Source: Blastocystis sp. Blastoise (lineage: Eukaryota; Protista; Bigyra: Opalinata). From it: a stretch of DNA of 64,000 nucleotides. Location: positions 186,001 to 250,000 of the forward strand of contig JBBPEB010000023.1 in assembly GCA_039096225.1 (NCBI GenBank), read 5' to 3'. Of the stretch, positions 16,555-39,427 are shown piece by piece. Below the pieces are notes generated by a model, which saw nothing but the letters and a program-made list of their open reading frames with translations, was not told the DNA's origin and ran no database searches. The position numbers were made by a program, and so were the translations under genes. Within the stretch, counting starts at the first letter, position 1. Each line of letters begins with the position of its first letter.

Positions 16555-18753
16555 TCATGTGATCATTTATATATATATAAATGCTATACTTTTTTTTCTA
16601 TAATTATTTGTAAATAATTTGCATATATGCTACTGTTATATATATATGTATATTTTATTAATATTTATCATAATCATCAATTCTTCTTAGTATATTCTAT
16701 ACTATTATATATATACTATAAATCTTATTCGTAAATATATTTATATATATAATAACTATATAGTAATTTTATTTTACTATATATATACTGTTTTTTTCTC
16801 TTTTTTTTTCTATTATCGTTTATTTATATACTTCTTTATTCTTGTTTATATATATATATAATTTCAATATTAAAATTCTTTTTCACTGTATTTTTCTAAT
16901 GATATTATTCATGTTTTTATATTCTTTTTATTTTTAGTCTTTCTTTTTATTCACTGTTTTTTTTTTAGTTTATATATATATATACATATATATATTTACT
17001 AGTTTTTTTTTTAAATATATATACATATTTATTTTTATTATTTATGCTCAATATTCATTGTAGCATGCCTCTATATATACTATATATATATTATTTTTGG
17101 AATATATATGTATATATTGTTTTCTTTTATATATATCTTTTTGCTTTCTATATATATAGTTCAATATAGAAACTCTATTTATATATTATAATTCAATTTC
17201 GATTTTTCTTATTCTATTATTCTTTTCTATATTCTATTCTATATTCTTTTCTATTCTATATTCTGTTTTATTATACTCTATTCAAATTTCTTTAAAATTG
17301 TAACATTATTCTTATATATTATTCATATATATATATATATATATATTTGTATTTATATATATATATATATAAATCTAGGTTTTCATTTTTGTTTTTATTT
17401 TTTTCAATGAATAATAATATGTATATATATAGTATTATATATATAGTATTATTTATTCGTTACTTTTTATAAGTCAAAGTTTATTTTTATGAAATTATTA
17501 CCATTATTTCTATTCATAAACTTATACAATTCTTTTGTTTTTAGTATCGGATAATATTTAATTTGATTTTTATTTTGTTTTTACTAGGTGTATATTTATA
17601 ATTATATCATTTCATCTTTTTCAATTTTTTCTAGTTATACTTATATATTCTTTCTATTTATATACTTCTTTTTTTTTATTTTTTATATATATTTTTAAAA
17701 TCATTGTTATTATTGATTCATATAAATATATATATAAACATATATGTTTATATTTCTTTCTCTGTTTTCACATTTTCTTTTTTCTTAAAAATTTAATTTT
17801 TTTTTTTTTAATTTCTCTCTTGTTTTTATATTTTATTATATATCTCAAAATTATTGTCTTTTCCAATTCAATCTTAAATTCATTTATATATATATATATT
17901 CTTTTATTTTATTGTACTCTTTGTTCTTTGTTTTTCTTTTATTTATTTGTCTGTCCTATTCTATCTATTACATTTGTATCATAATAATTATACACTCGTT
18001 TTGTTCATTTCTTATCATTCCTTATTGTTATTACACACAATATATAGATTTAAACGAATAATAATCTTATTCTATCTCCTCTATTATCCACTATAACTAC
18101 ATTTCAACACAATTTTATTAACAACAAAATAAATATGCAAATAGCATTATTGACCAAATCTAATTATTATTTAATTCTTCAAAAGATAACAATGATCATC
18201 ATCTAATTAAATTATTTTTATATAGCAAAATAACTTTGTGATAAACTATATCTAGATATATCAATACTTATATTGAATAAATAGCATTCAAATTAAAAAA
18301 CATGATAATAAAGTTGAAATTTCATATGAAATACATGTAAGTATATATAAATATTTTGATTTAATATAACAAATAATCTAAAATCATCATTACATCCAAA
18401 AAAAGATGATTCTAAAACATTTCTGTCATTGGCTAAACAAATAATGATATAAACATATTTGAGAAGTCACTTTCTATTTGATAATCATAAATATATACTT
18501 TATATGTATTTATTAACAAGCTTCTATCTAATATTTATAGAAAAACACAAAAAAGAAGACAAATTCAGACAAATATTTTAAATAACCAGTAATTAAAAAA
18601 TAAAGTGAAAAAATATATTATCGAGTATTTTTTGACTAATTAGTTTTATAAAATATTATAAAAACCTTTCTTACTTATTTCACAAAATTGGATTTCTCAA
18701 AAAGATCAAATAGAAACTTCATTAATTGTTCTTGACCATTATTCTCATACATT

Positions 18754-23396
<4,643 letters not shown>

Positions 23397-24284
23397 CCGC
23401 GGTAATCTCTATTCTATGACATGTTTTGAATAAATCTTTTTTTTTTCTGCGCATGTGTTTAATTGTTCTATTCGAATCTCCATCATATTCTTCTCAAGAC
23501 TGTTTACATATCTATATATATATATATATATAATCTTTTATTTGATATATAAACAATTATATATCTATTTGCTTATTCTAGTAATTTGTTTTATTCATTT
23601 CTTTTTTTCATTTTATTCTTTCAAAAAAAAAACATTCTTTTATTTTAATTTCTTTCTCCTCATTTTTTTCTTAATTGTAAATAATATATATATACACTCT
23701 TTCTTCTTCTACATATAATTATTATCATTTTTAATGCTCTTTATTTCTTTGTTTTCTCTCATTCTTCTTCTTTCACGTTGAACGATGCTCTTATTATTCA
23801 AATAATTTTCATTTATAATCATTCTATTATGGTATTAATAAACTCCATAAACATGTATTATTAATGTCCATATATATAATAGTTTTTTGTTTATTTATTT
23901 AGTATCATCATATAAGAGATTTCACTACATATATGCATCTAAATTATTCTCATTTACCCATTTAGTCACTATCGTTTTATTTTTAAAAAATGTTTTTTTT
24001 TGTTAAGAGAAAACAGCATAATTATAATCAACTTTTTATATTATTTGTAATTAATATGTTAATACATTCATTTCATTGAATAAACCATCTCCAATTCAAC
24101 AATAAATAGATCCTATAATAGATTCCAAAACTCCACAAAAAAAAAAAGAAAATTGTGTGATTTTAAACGAAACACAAAAAGCCGATTTGATAAATTCAGA
24201 AATAAATTCGTTTTTGTGTAATTGGCTCAAGAAAATAAAATCTAACAAAAATATTTAATTCATTTATCTACGTGTCTCTTACTT

Positions 24285-24939
24285 ATGGAACCTCCAGCAG
24301 TTGCTAAGTCTTCATCGAAAGATGTATTCTGCAAGACTGTCATTTTTCTTATCATGACTGTTGTAACATTTATTGCTAGCTGTATTGTAGACATCTTTTT
24401 CTATAACAAACTCCCAGAGACTTGTGCAGTTCATTGGAATGCTCAAAATGAAGTCAATCGTTATGGTAGTAAATCGGAGTTACTTGTAGCAGGTCTTCTA
24501 TGTCCTTCAATCATTACTGTTATTTTTGTTTTCATAAATTTACTTATTACATTTATGAACGTGCCTATGACAAGCATGCCTTACTGGAAAAAACCTGAAA
24601 ACTTCAAACGTCTGAAACCTTTTATGTTGAATATGTTATATTTAATGGCAATATTATGTAATTTATGTTATCCTTATCTTATGTATCCCACTTGGAAATA
24701 TAATCTTGTCTGTAAGATCAATCCAGAAAATCCAGTTCCCTGCGATTATGAAATGAATATCGTAATCCCTCTAATTGTGTTCCTTATTGCTATGTTTGCT
24801 CCAATGATTGCACTTATTGTTTATTGTGTTGTTATTCCCAAGTATATTTATATTGTATTATTATATGTATTTATGTATATTGTATTATTATCATTATTAT
24901 TATATGTATTTATTTATTATTATATGTATTATATATCTC

Positions 24940-24973
<34 letters not shown>

Positions 24974-25050
24974 TAGACGTTATCCAAGTGATACTCCTTT
25001 AGAAAAGGACCCTAATTGGATTTGTGGAATCATCTATGCAAATAATCAAG

Positions 25051-25091
<41 letters not shown>

Positions 25092-25289
25092 TTACTCTTT
25101 ATATCAACTCTAATTTATATAAATATTTCTTATATATACATATATATACAAGATTCTAGATTATGGGTGCCAAAACGTTTGGGAATAGGTTGGACACTCA
25201 ATTGTGGAAGTACAGTCGGTATTGCTATTATTATAATATTTCTAATACTTGTCTGTATTCTATGTGCAGTTCCTTTCTTCTTTATTTAA
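24285..25289 (+). CDS. DUF1648 + DUF5808 membrane protein (bacterial-type family, related N-terminally to SdpI immunity proteins)
   Basis: YNKLPETCAVHWNAQNEVNRYGSK matches DUF1648 (LPxxIPxHWxxxGxxDxxGSK). WICGIIYANNQ|DSRLWVPKRLGIGWTLNCG matches the W-x-G-x-FYxNxxDPxLxVxKRxGxGWTxNxG motif. Two introns. Confidence 0.8.
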
Positions 25290-25648
25290 ATAAAGAATCA
25301 ACTGTTTTATCCGTAGTTATTCTTAGCTCTTCTCTAATTTTATTTTCTTTTTAAGTTATATTCTGCCTACTAAAGATTATCATTTTATAAGTTATAGAAA
25401 TATTTTGTTATACATATATATATATATATATTTTTCATAATAATATTGAATTAAACAATCATATATATCTCAGTAATTATATTTTATTATAAAGCATTTT
25501 TTACAGTTAGAAATATATAATTATTTATTAATTTCACTTTTGTATCCACTCAACATGTGTATACAATAAATTGCCTTATAATAAAAACATTTAAGGTATA
25601 ATCAGAGACAAAACTTAGGGTTGAACAAACTATACTTTAAATAAATTA

Positions 25649-25741
25649 TGTACTCCAAGAGAGTTTTTCCCTATACCTTGAAAGTATTAAATACCCACAA
25701 AACTGACTTTTCTGGGAAATCTGTACTCCAAGAGAGTTTTT
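25649..25741 (+). repeat. Pair of perfect 20-bp direct repeats TGTACTCCAAGAGAGTTTTT
   Basis: Copies at 25649-25668 and 25722-25741, upstream of the second paralog. Confidence 0.9.
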
Positions 25742-25831
25742 GTGGATAACTCTATTTGCCTCGTTATGAAATATTCAGCGTGTATCCTTAAAACAAATGT
25801 TGTTCATATTTTTCTTACATTTATTGCGTTT

Positions 25832-26845
25832 ATGGAGACTTCAGCTAACAATCATGCACCTCCTCTTTATACACTTCGTAGAACACTTCCGTATACTCTT
25901 TTATATACATAATTACCAAATGCATTCAGTTGTTTGATTATGGTATTTGTGAGTTATGCAATAAATTATGCAGTGAATAGTTATTTCTATGATAAGCTAC
26001 CTGAAGTATGTTTGTATAAATTTCGTTCACAGAGTAAGTATCATGAGTACAAGAAAAAAGTATTTTTTAGATTTATCATTTTTTCTTTTTAATAGACTCT
26101 TTTACACGAGGAATTATTTGATTATATAATAATACTAGATGCCTTATTTATTGCTTTGGGATTGTTTGGATCAGTTTTAAGTTTCGATTCGCAAGGACCT
26201 TATTGGAGCAGACCTGAGAATGGAAGACGCGCACTAGTCATAATAGTTAATACAGTCTACCTCTTTATAGTTTGTTTAAACTTATTTTTCCCATATGCAT
26301 ACTTTTCAATTTTCAAATATAATATTGTTGTATATATATATATATATATAACATATCGTTTAAACATATATTAATAATAATATTATTGTCTATATAGTGT
26401 GAAATTGATCAATATCACCCTATTCCTTGTGATTATTCAATGAATATGATACCTGGAATGCTTATAGTTTGTTTTGGTATAATGATCGCTTTTATTCCTT
26501 ATATCACATCTATTGGGTGGTAGGAACTAGAAACACTCCTTTAGTTCATGATCCTTACTGGATTCTCGATACTTTTTATGCAAATATAAAAGTATAAATA
26601 TATCTGATTATTATTAGCGTTTAATCTCTTTTTTTTCCTTCTTATGAATTCTTTTATATTTTAAATTCTCCTATTTAGCAAGTATTTACTATGTTAATCA
26701 TATATAGGACTCAAGATTAATCGTACCGAAACCACAAGGAGAAGGCAAAACAATGAATTTTGGACATTGTTTAGGATTCACCATTTTATTAATAGGAGCT
26801 ACATTACTCTGTGTTCTCATTATGGTTCCTATGTTTTGTATGTAA
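25832..26845 (+). pseudogene. Diverged tandem paralog of the DUF1648/DUF5808 gene with an apparent frameshift near 26515-26523
   Basis: FYDKLPE, PYWSRPEN, PIPCDYSMN, DPYWILDTFYAN|DSRLIVPKPQGEGKTMNFG align to the upstream gene. The frame runs into TAG at 26521 while homology continues in another frame; this could be a homopolymer (GGG) sequencing error. Confidence 0.65.
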
Positions 26846-27204
26846 ATAGAATCTGTATTATCAACGTTATTTCTATAAATTATTAATTTTTCTTTTTTTA
26901 TTTCGTTTTAGGCACATCTATATAACATAAATATTGTTTCGATTTTCTTTTCACCAAGTTATATTCCGATATTATACATTTTTTTTTACATTATGAAACA
27001 ATCATTTTTTTTTTAATTGACTCATCAAGTGTCATTTTGAGGATAGTTTCCCTCATTTATAAAACGGAAATTATTAAGAAATTATTAATTTTCCCGTGAT
27101 TATTTAATGAGAGAAACAGAACTCCAAAGAGATGGGTTTCAAAAACCAAAAAAAAATGAACAAATCTTTTTCTTTTAATAAATTTGTATTATAGCTTTGC
27201 AATA

Positions 27205-32906
<5,702 letters not shown>

Positions 32907-33607
32907 AGATATTTTAAATAAAATATCAAGAAATAATACGAAGTAGTTTTTTATATATTTAACTTTCTCCTGAAATTTATTTACTTGGTTTTTATAGTTT
33001 TATTTGATTTCTACCTAATATATTCCTTTTGATTTATGTATTGTTTTGTTTGAGACATATATATGTATAATTTTATGCAATCCAATTAGAATTTAATACA
33101 CAATTATGAACAACATTTCAATTTATTCTTTTTAATTCATCACAAAAAGTATTCATAAATATTTAGAACAAGTTTTTGCATATATTACACGATTTATAAA
33201 TATATTAAATCTGTAATACTTAAGATTTGAACAAACTTAATATTACTCTTTTAGAATTAAAGCAATCTTTAATTTGGGCATATTCCAAATAAAGTCTTTC
33301 AATCATTTTTATCAATCAAAGTCGATTATCAAATACTATTTGAGAATTAATACAACAAAATGAGATAAATTAGAAAATTATGTTTCCCATACGTTGACAA
33401 TACTATTGGACTATTAGAACCACATTAAAAAAGAAGTATAGTATCCAAGATAATAGAAAATAAATAGCATCAATCAATGATTTTTAAAAACCACGAAACA
33501 AATGGAGATAAGAAGAGAAAATAATATTTTTTCCATGACTTTTCTTGAAAGGGTTGTTTTGTGGTTTTTATTAGAAATTTTCGACGCTGTTCAATCCCAC
33601 ATAGAAG

Positions 33608-34667
33608 ATGTCTGATAGTGAAAGTAGTGATGTTATTGATAGTGAGGCTCCTTATGAGTCTGATAATGATGAAGTAGTTTATTCTTCAGATATAGATGGT
33701 GATAGTGAAGATGAAGAACAAGAAGAACATATGGAAATCGATGGACAAGATCAAGAAGAAGGTGATGAAGATGATGGTGAGATAGTTTATGATGATGATG
33801 AAGATGATGTAACAACTGATGAATATGCTTCTGATTCTGAAAAAGAAGAAGAAGAAGAATTGAAAGAAAAAGAAAGAAAGAGACTTTATATGGATGATTT
33901 ATCTTCAGATGATGAAGTATTTTTATAAAATTGTTCTATTACATTTTGTTTTATCTTTAGGAAGCTGGAAATACTGTAGGTAATATTCCTATGAAGTGGT
34001 ACGAACAATATGATCATCTTGGTTATGATTTAGATGGTAATAAAATCATGAAACCTAAAGTAGATCAAGTTGATAATTATCTTCGTAGAGCTGAAGATCC
34101 TAATTATAAGTATATTATATTATATTTAAATTTAATTTAATTTAAATATTTTAATCTTTTAGATGGACTATATATGATGAAAAGAATGGTACTGAACGTG
34201 TTCTCAGTGAAAAAGAACGTGAAATTATTTATAATATTACTCATGGTAAATTCCCTGATCGTGAGTTCAATGAATATGAAGATTTCACAACATCTTTTGT
34301 CGATGAACAACAAGTAGAAGCTCTTAATAACGCTCCCCCGGTAAAATCATCATTCGTTCCCTCCAAATGGGAAAAACTGAAAATTGTGAAAATATATAAA
34401 GCTATGATGACCGGACAACGAAAGTCACGTATATATATAGATTTATGTTTATATTGTTTATTTTTATGTTTATATTGTTTATTATTATTATTATTTTATT
34501 ATTATATTATTATAGCTGAGGAGAATAAGAAGAAGGCTCCATCAACTTATATGATGTGGGATGATAAGGAAGAAGCCGAACAATTTATACATAAATTACC
34601 GCGATTAGAAGCTCCTAAACCTCCTCTTCCTGGTATATTCCCATGTTTATTATTATTTATATTAGTC

Positions 34668-34752
<85 letters not shown>

Positions 34753-34941
34753 GTATATTCCTTGTATTCTTTAGGTAATAAGGAATCTTATAATCCTCCT
34801 TCAGAATACTTATTGACTAAGGAGGAAGAAGAGAGAGAACTTAATGCTCATCCTGAAGATCGAAAGGAACAATTCATACCCAAACAATATACAGCTCTTC
34901 GACAAGTCCCTCTCTATGTATATATTATTATTATTATTATG

Positions 34942-34983
<42 letters not shown>

Positions 34984-35255
34984 CTTATTATTCTATAGGC
35001 TAATTTCTTAAAAGAGCGTTTCAATCGTTGTTTAGATCTCTACGTATGTCCCCGTCAACTTAAACGTAAAGTCAATATGGATCCCAAATTACTTCTTCCT
35101 AAATTACCTTCTCCTAATGAACTTAGACCTTTCCCTACTACTCAATGTTTGAGTTATGAGGGTCACGAGGGTCGTATTCGTAACGTCTCCGTAGATCCAA
35201 CCAATCAATTCGTTGCTACATCCTCCGATGATAAAACAGGTATATATATATATTA

Positions 35256-35291
<36 letters not shown>

Positions 35292-36611
35292 ATTTTCTCC
35301 TTCTCCTTCTCCTTCTCTAGTTCGTATTTGGGAGATTGAAACTGGTCGTTGTCTCTATGTATATCGTTGTATTGAGATCCCTGAATATATGGCTTGGAAC
35401 CCCTCTATTGACTACAGTTGCCTTACTATACTTATTGATAATAAGATTTATATGGTTAATGTATACTTAGGCAATGATGTCACTTATCTTAATACAAAGA
35501 GACTCCTTCTTGCTAAGTCTAGAACTGGTCGTGCTGTTTCTGAATATTGTAAATGGTTATTTATTAATAAGGGTAAACAAGAATCAATTGAACAAGAAGT
35601 CAAATTAGAAGAAGATAATTGGGCAAAGAGTGAGGGATCCGAACAATCTGAAGATCTTACTGGACAAGATCATAGTGCTGTTTTCGATGCTGATTTAGTG
35701 GATGAAGATACAGAGCATGTGACTACTATCCAATTAGTTTTAATATATAAAAATGAACTTCGTAACTTTGCTTGGCATCATAAGTATATATTATTATTAT
35801 TATGTTTATGTTTATGTTTATGTTTATTATTATCATTATTATTATCTATATATAGAGGTGATTATTTGGGTGTTGTTCAGAAACAACAGAATAATAGTCA
35901 AGTTCTTATTCATCAAATCTCTAAGGCTACTGTTCAGAATCCCTTTAAGAAGGTGAAGGGACAAGTTCAAATGGTCACTTTCCATCCCAATAAGCCATTC
36001 TTCTTTGTTGCTACTCAAGTATATACTATTATTATTATGTTTATTATGTTTATTATTATTAATAATAACGCTATTATATCTATCTCTATATCTATATCTA
36101 TAGACTGAGGTTCGTGTATATAACTTACAGCAACAGTCGTGTATTAAGAAGTTGCGTAGCGGGTGTAAGTGGATCTCTTCTATTAATATACATCCCTCTG
36201 GAGATCATTGTATTATTGGATCATATGATCGTCGTGTATGTTGGTTTGACCTCGATCTCTCGTCGGATCCCTATAAAACACTTCGTTACCATCGTAAGGC
36301 AGTCCGACAAGTGTGTTTCCATCCTTCTTATCCTCTCATGGCTTCCTGTAGTGATGAAGGATATATACATATATTCTATGCAAAAACCTATAATGATTAT
36401 GTGACTAATCCTTTGATTGTTCCAGTGAAGGTGCTGAAAGGTCACCAGGTGGTCAATGACCTCGGGGTTCTGGATATTACGTTCCATCCTTCTCAAGTAT
36501 ATACATATATATACATATATATATACATATAATCTACTTCTTCTTCTCTAGCCTTGGATCTTCTCTGCCGGCGCAGATCATACTGCTCGTCTATATATTA
36601 ATATACCTTAA
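33608..36611 (+). CDS. BOP1: Ribosome biogenesis protein BOP1/Erb1 (WD40)
   Basis: DDLSSDDE|EAGNTVGNIPMKWYEQYDHLGYDLDGNKIMKP, ESYNPPSEYL, ERFNRCLDLYVCPR, LLPKLPSPNELRPFPT and FHPSQ|PWIFSAGADHT. Confidence 0.97.
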
Positions 36612-36868
36612 AGAATTTCTTGGTCTATCTATATATATTATATATATATATACCTCCTGTCCTCTTTTATGTATTGTTTTGTTTATATATTTGTGTTTAT
36701 ATATGTGTTTTGTTCAAGTTTGTTGTTTTACAGTATGGATATACTTATACAGATATAGAAATAGAAATAAAAATCATTACTAACTGATATTTGTTTATTT
36801 TTGTTTATAACAATAATAAATATGGATAGTATAAATAACAACATTTATATGTTGCTATGAATGAATAC

Positions 36869-36924
<56 letters not shown>

Positions 36925-37449
36925 TACATGAATGTTTAATGAGAATAATTGATTCATTTAAGAATGAGAAATATATCAATAATTCAAGATAATAATAAGA
37001 ATAGATAATAACTTTAATTGACATTTTGTTAGAATCCAAATATTTATTATTTCTTTTATTAAACCATTCTATTTAAGAATAATTGAGATTCTTATTCTCT
37101 TGTATATATATTTATGTATTCAAGAGTTAATTCAACTAAATATGTTATTATTCCTATATATTATGCTTTCTGTTTTATATACTATAATCTTTAGGATAAA
37201 AGTATGAAGACAAGTCAAAGAATATCGTTTTTAGTGAAAATTAGGAAGGAAAATGACAAATTATTTTAGTTAATAAGAAATATATATTCTACTTTTAAAA
37301 AATAGTATTATTGTTATTATAATTCTTGTTGATAAAAAATAGAAGATAAGAAATAGAATAGCAAAATAAATATGTATACAAATATCGATCATATTCACCA
37401 TAAATTGTTTATAATTAAAATTCTTATGAATAATATAAATCTATATATT

Positions 37450-37514
37450 TTACTCATCTCCAAGTATAATGTTCGATTCCATCTATATATATATATATTT
37501 AGTTATATATATAG

Positions 37515-37548
<34 letters not shown>

Positions 37549-39299
37549 CTATATATATATATATACTTCTCCCCATTCTTCTAAAAAGTATTTGAACATG
37601 TTTATATATGTAGATATATCTTTACTACCACACATCTCACGTATACTATGCATAGAGAGCATGGCTAATCCAACGTCGACTGTTTCAATACCGTTAATTG
37701 TCGTTAAGTATTTACCAATAGTACCTCCACTTCGACTATCTTGACGAACAACAAATTCTTGTAATGGAAGTTGATGACGCATACAGAGATCTCGTAATAC
37801 TGTTTCTGACGCACAGTTCGTAGCATAATTCATATTTACTGAATGCTTCAAAACAATACCTTTATTCATATAGCAATTATGTCTAGATTCACATTTATCG
37901 CTATAATTAGGGTGAACAGCATGAGACATATCCTATATATATATAAATATATATATAGGATATATACATTAATAATACTATTTTAAAGTATAATATATAT
38001 ACAGCTGAAATAATAAAGCTTTTATTTAATGCAATGGGTACATATTCCCGCGGGACTAGACGGTTAATACAAGTGGAGAGAGAGTTACTTTGCGCTCCCG
38101 CCATTCCTGTAGAGCCAATCTCTTCATTATCATATATACATATCATTCTATATATATATACATATAGAATACTTATAAGTCTATATATATATATGTATAT
38201 ATATACCGAATATTCTTTTCATTATCAAGAGCTTGTTCGTCATTGGTCGCTTGAATAAGTCCCTCAAGTGACGCATAGGCAGAAGTAAGATTGTCCAATC
38301 GTTGACTGCAAATGTACTCATCGTACAATCCAGTGAGTGAGGGTCCCTATATATATATATATATATTATAATAATCTTAATATAGATGACAATATTATAT
38401 TTCAATAGACTAAACTATTATTAAAGATAAATAATTAATTATTCTTAATATGTATATACTTGGATATCATATAAATAGAGTTCAAAATCGATCATAGTTT
38501 CAAGAGGAATAGAAAAAGAGGAAGAAATATAATTAAGTAATTCTGAATCATGTTTACTATAGAGAAGAGAAGAAGAAGGAGAAGAAGAAGAAGAATCTAT
38601 ATATATATATAAGTATATATTTATAATATATGAATAGAATACATATTATTAATAAAATAAATATCCATAGTATATAAATAAACTATATATATATAAATAC
38701 TTTTATTGATGGATAGATCTCGAAGAATAGGAATCAAGTGATTTTCTTTGTTAATTTCAGTTTTTATAGCAGAATCAGACATATGAACAGCTAAATTAGG
38801 AATATGAAAAATAGGTTTATGTATATCAATAAGTTGACTTTGAATTTTATCATCTTTTCGGAACTAAAGAAATAGAAATAAAACATATGAAAAAAAAGCA
38901 TACAAATATTCTTCCAGCTAACCCTAAATCACGATCAAGCCATGTAGTCCAAATAGCACTATCATAAACTTCAACGCCACATTCACAAACACCATTCTTC
39001 TCAATTTTTGAAATGGGTTTCAACTTTAAATAAGGACTATCACAATGAGATGCAGCAATACTGAATCCATTGCCTGGTTCATACAATTTACCAACAGCAA
39101 AGGCAAAAAGAGAAGTTTGATTTCTGGTAAAGAAATATTTACCTCCATTTTTAACAGTGTTTGACCAAGATTCACGTTCACGAAGACGTTGGTATCCTGA
39201 CTTTTCAAGTCTTGAAACACATTCCTGAATAGCATGGAAATGAGAAGAAGATTGTTTGAGAAATGTAACGAAATCTAAAGCTTCTTTTGTACAACTCAT
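37450..39299 (-). CDS. DNPEP: Aspartyl aminopeptidase (peptidase family M18)
   Basis: ASHCDSPYLKLKP, TWLDRDLGLAGR, QRLDNL, YDNEEIGS, ISA|DMSHAVHPNY, GGTIG and LSMHSIREMCG; 7 exons. Confidence 0.96.
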
Positions 39300-39427
39300 T
39301 TTCTAGTATCTAAATTGTATTTTTATAAGATTAAAAAAGTCAAAAGTGAAATATATTCACAAAAAATATTTTGATTTGTTTTAAGAATCATTTTTTTATG
39401 TGATTTATTTATTACTTAATTTCAATC
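39300..39427. promoter_or_regulatory. Compact bidirectional promoter region
   Basis: Only 128 bp separate the divergent start codons at 39299 (-) and 39428 (+). Confidence 0.6.

Noticed and set aside
16555-18750. Hidden gene in the long AT-rich gap
   Set aside because: No exon-like composition or recognisable RNA motif seen.
25649-25741. Mini CRISPR array
   Set aside because: Only two 20-bp repeats, eukaryotic context and no cas genes.
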